Source: a virus (Duplodnaviria; Caudoviricetes). From it: a stretch of DNA of 29,411 nt. The stretch covers positions 1 through 29,411 of IMG/VR virus record IMGVR_UViG_3300022930_000026. One strand, 5' to 3'. Of the stretch, positions 8,212 to 16,810 are shown in pieces (the first letter of the stretch is position 1; each line of letters begins with the position of its first letter). The notes below the pieces were generated by a model that worked only from the letters and a program-made list of their open reading frames with translations, was not told where the DNA came from and did no database searches. Position numbers and translations under genes: made by a program.

Positions 8212-9622
8212 ATTCTACAATGTCTATAATTTCATCGGGTTGTTTTTGCTTATTAATCAAATCTAAAGTCCCATCGGCATCATCTGTTAATCCAGCCATT
8301 TGAATACTTGTCTTATGATCTACAACAGGCAAACCTCCATTAGCTTTCTGTGCGTTCTCAATCCTCTCTAATTCATCGTCAATTTGGAAGTATCCAAACT
8401 CCGGAGTTATCTCTAATCTTTCGCCTCCCTTGTATTCTGATTCTACTTTAGGTATTGCACTCGTTAGGAAGTTGCATCGCCTTTGGACTCCTAAACCATA
8501 TTTACCATCCTGCAAGTCCTTTGCTTTCAAATGAGCGTCAAACATCATTCTTTTTAATGCTGCACCGGATACATCACCTAATTCTTTCATTGCCTCAAAT
8601 GATATGTTTGGAGTTTGGCAACCAGTAAATATAAATTCAACTAACATCTTCTTTTCAAGTTCGATACTTTCAGTTGCGTTGTCTGGAGTAATGTATTCTA
8701 TTGTTGCCCCGTTTTTACCTTGAATAACCTTTCCTGCCTCACCTTTTGAAGACCATCCGTCAATATCTCCAGAAGCAAATAGAATTGGAGAACCGCTATA
8801 ATCGTTTGTATCAGCAAAGTTTGATAAAAGAAATTCCAACCTTTCAATTAATGGCTGTACTATTTCCCAAAGTGTTGTATTAAGATTGTAGTAAATAACT
8901 GGAATCTTTCCATAAGCCAAAGCCGTTGCTTCAAGTTTTTCCGAAACTATTACCAATTCCCATTCTCTACCATTTGTTTTTTTATGCCTACGTATTTCAG
9001 TAGTCGTATAAATATCCAAATGTTGGGTTTCCTCTTTAGCGATCTTTGTTTTATAACCAAGTCCGAACGCCATTAAATCCCCATTCTCATCAAATACAGG
9101 AATCAAATCGTAACCATCAGACGGCTTGCATATCCTTGAACGCCATTCGTAAACACCAGCTACTTCACTTTCCTTTCTATACCATATTTCAGCACATTCA
9201 GTTTCGCTATACATTGCTCTTACAATTTCAGTATTCTTCCAATTCATTTTGTTTTCACGGAATATCTCTAAAATCTTATCATAAAGTTTCTGTTCTTTTT
9301 CTCCATCAGGTTTAGCCTTGTAAGTTAACTTTCCTCCTGTTGTGAATGCAGTAGCACGACTTACCAATAATTGTTGAATAGGCAAAGGTAAACGATTCTT
9401 CTTTACAGTATGAGGCATTAGCCTTTTCCCTTCCGGATCACTTGGATCTGGAACCTGAATCTGTTTGTTTGGCCTTTCAACCGAACTATTAACTTTATGA
9501 TACTTTGGATTATATTCCTTGAATGCTTTCCAATCAAAGCAAGTATTATGATATTCTGTATATATCCTAGGTATAAGCGTATTTGGACTTGAAATAAGGT
9601 CCTTAAATTCTGCTAAAGTCAT
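8210..9622 (-). CDS. Portal protein (SPP1 gp6-like)
   Basis: 470 aa. Segments NRLPLPIQQLLV, KIPVIYY, LIERLEFLLSNFADTNDYSGSPIL, TPNISFE and VSGAALK are typical of SPP1-type portals. Confidence 0.92.
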   Translation of the reverse strand: MTLAEFKDLISSPNTLIPRIYTEYHNTCFDWKAFKEYNPKYHKVNSSVERPNKQIQVPDPSDPEGKRLMPHTVKKNRLPLPIQQLLVSRATAFTTGGKLTYKAKPDGEKEQKLYDKILEIFRENKMNWKNTEIVRAMYSETECAEIWYRKESEVAGVYEWRSRICKPSDGYDLIPVFDENGDLMAFGLGYKTKIAKEETQHLDIYTTTEIRRHKKTNGREWELVIVSEKLEATALAYGKIPVIYYNLNTTLWEIVQPLIERLEFLLSNFADTNDYSGSPILFASGDIDGWSSKGEAGKVIQGKNGATIEYITPDNATESIELEKKMLVEFIFTGCQTPNISFEAMKELGDVSGAALKRMMFDAHLKAKDLQDGKYGLGVQRRCNFLTSAIPKVESEYKGGERLEITPEFGYFQIDDELERIENAQKANGGLPVVDHKTSIQMAGLTDDADGTLDLINKQKQPDEIIDIVE

Positions 9623-9638
9623 ATCGTAAAGTTTTTTA

Positions 9639-9646
9639 CAAATTTA
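9639..9646 (-). promoter_or_regulatory. -7 promoter box for the portal gene
   Basis: Minus-strand TAAATTTG, 16 nt upstream of the portal ATG. Confidence 0.5.
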
Positions 9647-9688
9647 TACTAAAATATTTTATATTATCGAATTTAATTTATAAGCAAT

Positions 9689-9725
9689 AAAAAAGCCGTT
9701 TCTCCTTTTTATCGGGAACGGCTTT
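9689..9725 (-). terminator. Intrinsic terminator ending the accessory block
   Basis: Stem aaagccgtt (9692-9700) / aacggcttt (9717-25), with a U6 tail on the minus strand. Confidence 0.75.
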
Positions 9726-9776
9726 CTCAATCTTAAAACACCAAAACAAAATATCTTTACAAATGTAGTCTTTATT

Positions 9777-10034
9777 TTAATCTAAACAAATCCAAACAGT
9801 TTTATACCAAACCCCATCTTCACCATAAATTTGTCCTGTTTCCAAATTATCATACCAACAAGGCATTTTAACACCTGTTCGTTGATCTGTTGAATTGTAA
9901 TGCCAACTGAATCCAGAATCATCAGAAATATAACGCTTTCCCTCAATCGTACAATTGCATTCAACTTCTTTTACTGGATCATCACTAGAACAACTTGCGA
10001 CAATCAAAACGAATAATAATAATATTTTTTTCAT
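9777..10034 (-). CDS. Small Cys-containing lipoprotein
   Basis: SPII signal MKKILLLFVLIVAS-C followed by SSDD (acidic, like a Bacteroidota lipoprotein export signal). Four further Cys. Confidence 0.8.
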   Translation of the reverse strand: MKKILLLFVLIVASCSSDDPVKEVECNCTIEGKRYISDDSGFSWHYNSTDQRTGVKMPCWYDNLETGQIYGEDGVWYKTVWICLD

Positions 10035-10046
10035 TGTATTTTATTT

Positions 10047-10358
10047 TTAATTAATTGTTACGCGATACTTGTTTTTTAATATCTTCAAAACATTGGTTTT
10101 GTTTAACGCTCCAATGTAGATACACTTTTCGTTTATAGTGATTTTCTTTTTCTTCTCATAGAATCCCTTTTGCAAATCAGTAATGTTTATTTCCTGACTG
10201 TCAAATACCGCTGGCTTTATTTGCTGAGTTTCCATATTGTACTCGAAAAGCTTGTGACCTTTGTTAAGTTTTAAATTACCTAACAATACTTTTTGCTTTT
10301 GGATTTCAGTTTGTTTTACAATTTCTGTTTTATCCTGATTTTCTAATTCTGTTTTCAT
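10047..10358 (-). CDS. Hypothetical phage protein
   Basis: 103 aa ORF with an ATGA overlap with the upstream gene. Confidence 0.7.
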   Translation of the reverse strand: MKTELENQDKTEIVKQTEIQKQKVLLGNLKLNKGHKLFEYNMETQQIKPAVFDSQEINITDLQKGFYEKKKKITINEKCIYIGALNKTNVLKILKNKYRVTIN

Positions 10359-10585
10359 ACGGTTTGTTTTGAGTTAATAATTATTTCATCGATCAATTTT
10401 ACTTCCGTAGCATTCAAATCAGTTCTTTGCTTTAAATATCCTATTCCGTGCTTTACTGCAAGAAAATGAAGTTGAAGCAATGACTGCATACTATTTTGTT
10501 TTAGAATCAGCTTTTGTTTGAATCCTGGCATCCGGCCGTAAATTACGGTAGATTGTATTTCTGTTTTTAAAGTGTCTATTAGCAT
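10355..10585 (-). CDS. Hypothetical protein
   Basis: 76 aa, tightly packed in the operon. Confidence 0.6.
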   Translation of the reverse strand: MLIDTLKTEIQSTVIYGRMPGFKQKLILKQNSMQSLLQLHFLAVKHGIGYLKQRTDLNATEVKLIDEIIINSKQTV

Positions 10586-10588
10586 AAG

Positions 10589-10933
10589 TTAGTTTTTCAT
10601 ATAATAATTCACATAACCTTCTTTTTTTCCATTGATAGAGCTTACCAAGTCACCCCAACCACGCCAACTAAAACCTATCTTAATTCCATCTGAAAAAACA
10701 AAAGTGTTATCATTACAAAATTCATCAGCACAAGTTTTGGTTAAATCATTTAATTCAATAAATTTTCTAATCAATTGGATGTAGGGTTTAGTATGTTCCT
10801 TAAATAATTCAAAGTATTCATCCCAAAGCATAGCATTTAAACCTCCCGATATGATACTATAACCCTCTGATGGATATTCTAATACTTCATTTGAAATATT
10901 ACATTTTAATCCATTTATCTCTACCTCTCTCAT
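10589..10933 (-). CDS. Hypothetical phage protein
   Basis: Start revised to MREVEING (ATG at 10933) because the upstream DNA holds a separate ORF. Conserved-looking FSWRGWGDL...YVNYY C-terminus. Confidence 0.7.
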   Translation of the reverse strand: MREVEINGLKCNISNEVLEYPSEGYSIISGGLNAMLWDEYFELFKEHTKPYIQLIRKFIELNDLTKTCADEFCNDNTFVFSDGIKIGFSWRGWGDLVSSINGKKEGYVNYYMKN

Positions 10934-10937
10934 TATT

Positions 10938-11084
10938 TTAAAATTTATGATTATACGCCAAATTAAATGCAAACACATCCATCATTCCACAACTTACTTG
11001 ATACTCAAAAATATCATATCTTTTTCGGTTGAACAATTGCCACCATCCTAAAACTAATTGCTGAAATATATTTAAGTTTTCCAT
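10938..11084 (-). CDS. Small hypothetical protein (48 aa)
   Basis: Not in the track. MENLNIFQQLVLGWWQLFNRKRYDIFEYQVSCGMMDVFAFNLAYNHKF; fits between its neighbours with 2-4 nt gaps. Confidence 0.55.
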   Translation of the reverse strand: MENLNIFQQLVLGWWQLFNRKRYDIFEYQVSCGMMDVFAFNLAYNHKF

Positions 11085-11086
11085 AT

Positions 11087-11302
11087 CTATTTCAATAAGC
11101 TAATATTTTCAACAACTGTAGAAACCCTTGTATATATTTCTTTTTGAAGTACAAAGAAGGCATACTTAATTTTCTCTTTATACTCGTTTTCTGTGTCATT
11201 TTCAGTTCCGCCATATAAGTGTAAATAAATTTCTTGTACTTCTTTAAAATAAACTGATAAATCTGATGTAGACACTTCGTTTAATAATTTTTGTAAATAC
11301 AT
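11087..11302 (-). CDS. Hypothetical protein
   Basis: 71 aa ORF in the packed operon. Confidence 0.6.
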   Translation of the reverse strand: MYLQKLLNEVSTSDLSVYFKEVQEIYLHLYGGTENDTENEYKEKIKYAFFVLQKEIYTRVSTVVENISLLK

Positions 11303-11312
11303 TATTGTTGTT

Positions 11313-11621
11313 TTAAAAATTATGTTGTGCTTTAGTTTTTTTACACAATGAATCTTTTGATCGCTTCATTATTTTACCATCCATATAACAACCGCATTCT
11401 ATATTAATTGAGTTTGGTTTATTATTTACAATAGTATCTTCAATAATTTTTTTAGATTCTTTATATGCCTTTAGCATTGGCTTTTCTGCCCCATCATTTT
11501 TATTTCGTAAATATGACTTAAGAAAATTCTCCACTAATTTTGAAACTTCTTTCTTTTTTGAAGCCGGAACCTTTACGCTGAATACTTCCGTTGGCTCATT
11601 GTACTTTGATAATCTTGCCAT
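11313..11621 (-). CDS. Putative ribbon-helix-helix-like DNA-binding protein
   Basis: N-terminal MARLSKYNEPTEVFSVKVPASKKKEVSKLVENFLK has a strand-then-helix pattern. The C-terminus has Cys/His residues. Confidence 0.45.
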   Translation of the reverse strand: MARLSKYNEPTEVFSVKVPASKKKEVSKLVENFLKSYLRNKNDGAEKPMLKAYKESKKIIEDTIVNNKPNSINIECGCYMDGKIMKRSKDSLCKKTKAQHNF

Positions 11622-11622
11622 C

Positions 11623-11841
11623 CTAATTAATTTTAAATGATGAGTTGTAATATCTTTCGAGCTTTGATTTTATACGCTCGTTTACCTCTTTTCTTTCGGT
11701 ATTGTGAGCATATCCCACACACCTACACTTTTTGCTTCTGATGTACTGTGTGTGAAGTAAAATAAGCCTTTCGCACTCCCCAATCAAAAGCAATATCTTA
11801 ATAGCCTTTTCGTGCTTGTCTATGGTTTCGGTTAGGTTCAT
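11623..11841 (-). CDS. Hypothetical protein
   Basis: 72 aa with a TAATG overlap with the upstream gene. Confidence 0.65.
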   Translation of the reverse strand: MNLTETIDKHEKAIKILLLIGECERLILLHTQYIRSKKCRCVGYAHNTERKEVNERIKSKLERYYNSSFKIN

Positions 11842-12137
11842 TATTCAGTTGCTTTTTTTATTAATTGTTTAGCCTTTAAAAACAATTCACACTTGTATTC
11901 TGTGGCATTTTCATATTCAAACTCCTTAATAAATAAATTAAGGATTTCCAATAATTCAGGAGCTGATGCCATTAGTTTTGCGTTTGATTCTAATTCTTTA
12001 AAAGCCATAATCTGTTTATTCCGTTCATAACTTTCAAGTTCACAAACTAATTTACCTTCTTCGTTTCTAATCTCAAACAAAGTAGAGTTTCTTTTTTTTG
12101 AAATCCACCTATGCCTTGTTCCTTTAAATTGTCCCAT
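11841..12137 (-). CDS. Hypothetical phage protein (NAxLxAxAPELL type)
   Basis: ESNAKLMASAPELLE is a motif common in small phage early proteins. Confidence 0.75.
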   Translation of the reverse strand: MGQFKGTRHRWISKKRNSTLFEIRNEEGKLVCELESYERNKQIMAFKELESNAKLMASAPELLEILNLFIKEFEYENATEYKCELFLKAKQLIKKATE

Positions 12138-12158
12138 GATATTTTGTTTTTTTAAGTG

Positions 12159-12245
12159 TTATTGATTTTCATTTTGATCTGTCCAATATTCTAAAATAGG
12201 CTTTCCGAATATTAGAATGTGAATTGTTTTTAAAAGGTATTTCAT
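12159..12245 (-). CDS. Possible 28-aa peptide
   Basis: MKYLLKTIHILIFGKPILEYWTDQNENQ; fills the intergenic gap, with an A-rich upstream context. Confidence 0.4.
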   Translation of the reverse strand: MKYLLKTIHILIFGKPILEYWTDQNENQ

Positions 12246-12262
12246 AGCAATTTTTTATTAAT

Positions 12263-12679
12263 TTAGAAGATATTTGAACAACAGCACATATATATTTTCC
12301 ATAGAGTACCACCTGATTCCACTGATGTGAAACTATCTCCTCTGGTTGAAATGGTTAAAATACCCACGTGCCATTCACCTTTGTGAAACATCACCACTTC
12401 CCTGGTCCATACACCTCCACCATGATAAACCGATGGATTCATACATCCAATGTCACCCTCTTTGGCTAAATTTTCTTTAACATTGTGATCGCCTTGATGT
12501 GGATTTGTAACTGTTTCTAAATCATGGTATAGATCACCTAAAGCACTTTCGGTTGCAAGTTCCTGCGGTGTTTGCGTGGTTCCAAAAGCTGACGCTTCGA
12601 CTTTAGTTGTTTCAGCTGAATCATTAGAGCAACTAAACAATGTTAATCCCAAAGTAGCTAATAAAATAAATTTCCTCAT
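12263..12679 (-). CDS. Lipoprotein
   Basis: SPII signal MRKFILLATLGLTLFS-C followed by SNDS. C-terminus MCCCSNIF. Confidence 0.8.
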   Translation of the reverse strand: MRKFILLATLGLTLFSCSNDSAETTKVEASAFGTTQTPQELATESALGDLYHDLETVTNPHQGDHNVKENLAKEGDIGCMNPSVYHGGGVWTREVVMFHKGEWHVGILTISTRGDSFTSVESGGTLWKIYMCCCSNIF

Positions 12680-12732
12680 AATATAAAATTTGTTTGTTGC
12701 CTACTCTATTAGGTTTTCGGCTACCCCGTTTT

Positions 12733-13017
12733 TTATTTTGCTCTTTTAGAAAGTTCGTTTACATCAATACCCCCACTTTCACACTCAATAATTGCTACGC
12801 AAAATCTGTTTCTGCTTTGCTGGCTTCTTATTAGGTTAGTTAAATTAGCATAGTTAAAAGATTTCTCTATTCTTTTGTTGTTTCCGTCGTAAATTAAAAC
12901 CGTTTTAGGCTCTAATCCAGTTTCTAGTATTCCATTATACAAAGCTTTAATATTTGTATAGTAGTAATTATCTAAACCGTCTTCGCTTGTTGTGATTGTA
13001 AAAATTGATGTTGACAT
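12733..13017 (-). CDS. Hypothetical protein, first gene of the accessory operon
   Basis: 94 aa, preceded by a promoter box. Confidence 0.7.
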   Translation of the reverse strand: MSTSIFTITTSEDGLDNYYYTNIKALYNGILETGLEPKTVLIYDGNNKRIEKSFNYANLTNLIRSQQSRNRFCVAIIECESGGIDVNELSKRAK

Positions 13018-13050
13018 AATTCCTATTTTTTAATTGTTGTTATCTGAGTA

Positions 13051-13058
13051 CAAATATA
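13051..13058 (-). promoter_or_regulatory. -7 promoter box for the accessory operon
   Basis: Minus-strand TATATTTG, 33 nt upstream of the ATG at 13017. Confidence 0.65.
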
Positions 13059-13144
13059 AGGTAAACTTTATTATTTAGTATACTTAATTAAAATTATTTT
13101 TGTTTTATTTTGTGATTACCAATAAACACAAGACTTTACAAAAT

Positions 13145-13175
13145 AAAAAAACCGAACTATTTTACTAATTCGGTT
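13145..13175 (-). terminator. Intrinsic terminator after terL
   Basis: aaccgaa (13150-56) / ttcggtt (13169-75), with a U-run on the minus strand. Confidence 0.65.
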
Positions 13176-13249
13176 GCTAATTTTAAATATTTGGTCTACA
13201 ATTTTACGGGGGTTAAACAAAATAAAATAAAGTTTACGATATGTTTTTA

Positions 13250-14773
13250 CTATAAGAAACCACCCGCCCAACTTTGGCTATTATTATGGGTTAAATCCTT
13301 GCCGAAATACTCAACAATTCCAGTCAAAGCATCCTCTGCATCATCAGAAGTATTTTTACCTGATTTAAGGTAACCTTTCACGTGTTTAGCGAATAAAGGC
13401 CAACGGGTTTCCCAATCTGACGGCATAAATATTAAGTTTGTTACACGTGCCGCATTGGTATAAATACGTACTATCTTGTTATCTGATTGATGGAAAGGCA
13501 AAAATTGAGTATCATAATTCTTTAATATTCGGGTTTGGCGTTCTACTTCCCTGGAAAAGTTTTCCCCACCGTTGTTACCTTCGATCCTTGCTACTTTTAC
13601 CTTATGCTTTGCCATTTGTAAAGCAGTCATTGGTTCGGTTTCCGTCATTTGCAATGTTGTAAACTCAACATCCTGAACATAGCACCCGCTTTCTGTTTCA
13701 TCGTAAACAACTGAACAAAGCCAATCCTTACCTTTGTCGGCCGTATCAATGTAAGCCTTACGAACCGTTGTATTAGTAACCGGAGCATGTAAATAAGTCT
13801 TGAATTCCGCATACATCAACCCTTCTTTCGGTTGTGGGTTTTGGCGATATTGTGTTTCAAATCCTATCGGATCAGTCAAAGACATTTTATGAAGCTCTTC
13901 CAATGAATGTTTAAAATCCCATAAGGCGTATTCATTTCCATTTTCATCAATCTGGATTGTATCTATAGACAACAACAGCCATTTGTCACGATTAAGCATC
14001 GCTTCTTCAATATTGGTAGTATAACCCTCATTTGCCATTAAATAGCCTGAAAGGTCGTTAGGATGAGTTCTTTGACCCATTACAATAATGGGTGTCAACC
14101 TACTATTTACACGGTTCTTGATTGTGCTATCCCAACGGGCGTTTATCTTATCTCTTTTTAGTTCGCTTTCCGCATCTTCCGGCTTGATTGGGTCATCAAT
14201 AACCAATGCTCCTGAAAAACCTTCTTTGGCCTCAAAGAAATCTAAGTCAATGTCCTCTAACTTATCAGGATCATCAACAGCCCCCGCGCCGAATCCCGTA
14301 ACCTGTCCAGCTGTCGATGTTGCATAGACGCCACCTCCGGCCGTCGTGTACCATTTCTTCTTGGAATCAGACCCGTATTTAATTTTTACATCTGGAAACA
14401 TCATTTGGTATTCTTCTGTCTTTAGAATGTCCCTAACGGCTTCCGAATTATCTAATGCAAGGGAATCAGAAAAAGAAAGATGAATGTATCTTGATCCTGG
14501 ATTTAGCGATAAACCGCTTGAAATAAAGTTTTTAACAGCAATCTCCGTTTTAGAATATCGAGGCGCTATGTTGATTATAACCTTTGATAATTGACCTGAT
14601 AATACCAAATCTAATACTTCGCATATTCTTTCGTGATGACTATTAACTACGAATTTACGCTTGAATTGAGCCTTAAAGAAAAATCGTGTGTGAAACAATA
14701 AGTTTTGTCTACACATCACGCTCGCTACTTTCAACCGTTTTATATCTTCCAAACGATCTTCACTATACGTCAT
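13250..14773 (-). CDS. terL: Terminase large subunit
   Basis: ATPase motifs INIAPRYSKTE and LVIDDPIK, QRTHPNDL, YRQNPQP, and RNase-H-like nuclease motifs YIDTADKGKD and DDAEDALTG. Confidence 0.93.
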   Translation of the reverse strand: MTYSEDRLEDIKRLKVASVMCRQNLLFHTRFFFKAQFKRKFVVNSHHERICEVLDLVLSGQLSKVIINIAPRYSKTEIAVKNFISSGLSLNPGSRYIHLSFSDSLALDNSEAVRDILKTEEYQMMFPDVKIKYGSDSKKKWYTTAGGGVYATSTAGQVTGFGAGAVDDPDKLEDIDLDFFEAKEGFSGALVIDDPIKPEDAESELKRDKINARWDSTIKNRVNSRLTPIIVMGQRTHPNDLSGYLMANEGYTTNIEEAMLNRDKWLLLSIDTIQIDENGNEYALWDFKHSLEELHKMSLTDPIGFETQYRQNPQPKEGLMYAEFKTYLHAPVTNTTVRKAYIDTADKGKDWLCSVVYDETESGCYVQDVEFTTLQMTETEPMTALQMAKHKVKVARIEGNNGGENFSREVERQTRILKNYDTQFLPFHQSDNKIVRIYTNAARVTNLIFMPSDWETRWPLFAKHVKGYLKSGKNTSDDAEDALTGIVEYFGKDLTHNNSQSWAGGFL

Positions 14774-15266
14774 TGTTCAAGTCTTGTGATATTTGCTTAA
14801 CCTCTTCTTTAGTAACGCCTACGTTTATCGTGACAGCATTGTTTTGCTTGTCTTTTTCGTAGAATCCTAATTTCTTTGCCACCCTATCCTGCGCTGCATT
14901 AAATCCAACTGAACCTATGAACTTCAATACCCTTTGAGCAACTTCGATATTCTTTTTAGTTGATTTTGGATTATTTAGCACAGAAACCTGATGATTGTAA
15001 TTTTCGATCAATTGATAATCTAACTTTAAACTATCCTCAATTGTATGAATGAATACCTTTTGTGTCTTGGCTTTAAGCTCGTCAATATATTGGGTTAGTT
15101 TGGGGTTTTTAAGTAATACCCACGCTTCTTTATTAACTGCATTGTCGGTCATCTTATCTACATTGTAGGCAATCTTATAAGCTTGCATCTGATTACCTAG
15201 CTCTATATACTTCTCGCAAAACTTCATCTGTTTAGGCGTTAAGTTTACTTTATTGTACCCTTCCAT
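14763..15266 (-). CDS. terS: Terminase small subunit
   Basis: N-terminal LTPKQMKFCEKYIELGNQMQAYKIAY...AWVLLKNPKLTQYIDEL is typical of TerS. Overlaps the terL start. Confidence 0.88.
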   Translation of the reverse strand: MEGYNKVNLTPKQMKFCEKYIELGNQMQAYKIAYNVDKMTDNAVNKEAWVLLKNPKLTQYIDELKAKTQKVFIHTIEDSLKLDYQLIENYNHQVSVLNNPKSTKKNIEVAQRVLKFIGSVGFNAAQDRVAKKLGFYEKDKQNNAVTINVGVTKEEVKQISQDLNNDV

Positions 15267-15319
15267 TTACCCAGTGTTTTAGTTATTTTTTATAATTTAC
15301 TTTTTATAGTAAACTTTTA

Positions 15320-15327
15320 CAAATGTA
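15320..15327 (-). promoter_or_regulatory. -7 promoter box for terS-terL
   Basis: Minus-strand TACATTTG, downstream of a terminator and 53 nt before the terS ATG. Confidence 0.5.
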
Positions 15328-15384
15328 CTTCTTTTTACTTTTACTTTATATCTGATTTTTTTAGCTCTAATATATCCAAAAACG

Positions 15385-15418
15385 AAAAACCCTAAACATT
15401 TTTATTTGCTTAAGGTTT
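15385..15418 (-). terminator. Intrinsic terminator
   Basis: Minus-strand RNA AAACCUUAAGCA-loop-UGUUUAGGGUUUUU, 12 bp including G-U pairs. Confidence 0.6.
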
Positions 15419-15442
15419 ACTTTATTCGATTATCTTATATTA

Positions 15443-15655
15443 CTATTCCGATAGTTTTTTTATAATTAATGATTGCGCTTTCACCCTGCTTTCCAACGCA
15501 TCATTTTTATCCTGCATCTTTTTTACTTGACGCTCCAAGATTAAATTGTGATTTGTCAATACCTGGCACTTGCCTATTAATACAAGAACAGTAACAAAAA
15601 ATGCTAATGCAAGTATTATAAGTATTATTACTATTGATCCGCTTATTTCTTCCAT
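15443..15655 (-). CDS. Membrane-anchored coiled-coil protein
   Basis: Single N-terminal hydrophobic helix (IVIILIILALAFFVTVLVLIG) followed by a heptad-like helix. Confidence 0.65.
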   Translation of the reverse strand: MEEISGSIVIILIILALAFFVTVLVLIGKCQVLTNHNLILERQVKKMQDKNDALESRVKAQSLIIKKLSE

Positions 15656-15657
15656 GT

Positions 15658-15915
15658 CTATTTTATGTTTTCAAGGTTATACGCTTTTAGTATTGATTCT
15701 TTTACTTTGTCAAATGCGTTTCTTTCGGAAGAATAGAAATACGTCAATTCACAATCAACAGATTCACTCGCTTCTCTTAGAGCTTGTTTTACGTGCATAT
15801 TTGCAAATTCAATCATACAAATTATACATTCTCCTTTATCCATTGGAGTTAATCTTGAAGAGCTTATTGAAACTCCAATTTGATCTTTTATTAATTCTTC
15901 TGCTGTTGGTATCAT
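15658..15915 (-). CDS. Hypothetical phage protein
   Basis: 85 aa; MIPTAEE...MIEFANMHVKQAL...KESILKAYNLENIK looks like a recurrent Bacteroidota phage protein. Confidence 0.75.
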   Translation of the reverse strand: MIPTAEELIKDQIGVSISSSRLTPMDKGECIICMIEFANMHVKQALREASESVDCELTYFYSSERNAFDKVKESILKAYNLENIK

Positions 15916-15942
15916 TGTTTATTTGTTTAAATGTTGGTTAAT

Positions 15943-16062
15943 CTATTTATAATGGATTGTAGTATATCTTTCAACCCAACCACATCTTAATACTTTCCAA
16001 TGCTTTATTATGCATCCTGAAAATCTATCGTAATGTTTTTTTATAAAAATTGGTTCATTCAT
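15943..16062 (-). CDS. Possible 39-aa protein
   Basis: MNEPIFIKKHYDRFSGCIIKHWKVLRCGWVERYTTIHYK; fills the gap. Confidence 0.4.
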   Translation of the reverse strand: MNEPIFIKKHYDRFSGCIIKHWKVLRCGWVERYTTIHYK

Positions 16063-16087
16063 AACTCAATTGTTTAATGTTAGTGGT

Positions 16088-16324
16088 TTAAACTTCTATT
16101 ACAGAAAAAGGAAGTTCTTCATATATTTTTCTCAATCCTTTCATGTCTTTAGGATAATCATCCGATTTTTGCCATTGAGATTCCCCATTTTTCCTTTCAT
16201 CATCATCCTCACAAATTTCAACCATTTCCCTTTTTACAGCTTCATATTCATTTTCGGAAGAAACTTTAAACTGCTGAACGTCATTGTCGAACATTGAACA
16301 AATTGCTACTACATAATTTTTCAT
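16088..16324 (-). CDS. Hypothetical protein
   Basis: Start revised to MKNYVVAIC (ATG at 16324), which gives an ATGA overlap with the upstream stop. Confidence 0.65.
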   Translation of the reverse strand: MKNYVVAICSMFDNDVQQFKVSSENEYEAVKREMVEICEDDDERKNGESQWQKSDDYPKDMKGLRKIYEELPFSVIEV

Positions 16325-16728
16325 AAAATTGATTTTAATATTACTAATTTTCCTTTTATCACTTTGCTTTCGGCTTGTTGCCATTGCCACTTCATATCTC
16401 TACAGTCTTTTACTGATTCTTCCCCGCATTGACAAAACCCTTTTTCATTTCTTAAACAAGTTACATCTGGCTTTTCAATAGGATTAACGAAATACAATTC
16501 TTTAGACTGTAATAGGCTGTAGAAACTTAATTGGGGATAATCAAAGTATCTTCCTGCTACTGACTTATTCATATAATCTTTGAACCTATAGCAGTTTTCT
16601 AATCTTTCAACATAAGGCTCAACATCAAAAGTAATTTCATCTGCTGTAACTTCTCCGAGTATTTCAATATTTGTTCCGTCATTAATTATTGAAATATCTA
16701 TATACCTATGGTCAAATGAATTAAAATA
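16321..16728 (-). pseudogene. 5'-truncated phage gene abutting the IS end
   Basis: The frame of ORF 16321-16572 stays open for 52 more codons (YFNSFDHRYIDISIINDGTNIEILGEV...RFKDY) up to the IS inverted repeat, with no ATG. It closes at a TAA within the repeat (16741-43). Confidence 0.7.
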
Positions 16729-16751
16729 GGTAAATATATATTATTTTACAC
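16729..16751. repeat. IS terminal inverted repeat (downstream end)
   Basis: 20/23 match to the reverse complement of 19703-19725; the outer 13 bp are identical. Confidence 0.85.
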
Positions 16752-16764
16752 TTAGTAAAACATT

Positions 16765-16795
16765 AAAAACCCCCGAATAATTTTAGAGGGTTTTT
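16765..16795. terminator. Intrinsic terminator after the OMP gene, inside the IS end
   Basis: aaaaaccc...gggttttt hairpin with A/T tails. Confidence 0.65.
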
Positions 16796-16810
16796 ATTTT
16801 ATTTTTTTTA

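Noticed and set aside
7579-9671. Shared 9-mer attatcgaa upstream of scaffold (7579-87) and portal (9663-71) as a late-activator site
   Set aside because: Short and AT-rich, only two copies noticed, and spacing to the starts differs, so it cannot be told from chance.
15443-15655. Spanin or holin call for the TM plus coiled-coil protein
   Set aside because: No endolysin or overlapping lipoprotein partner is nearby; topology alone is insufficient.
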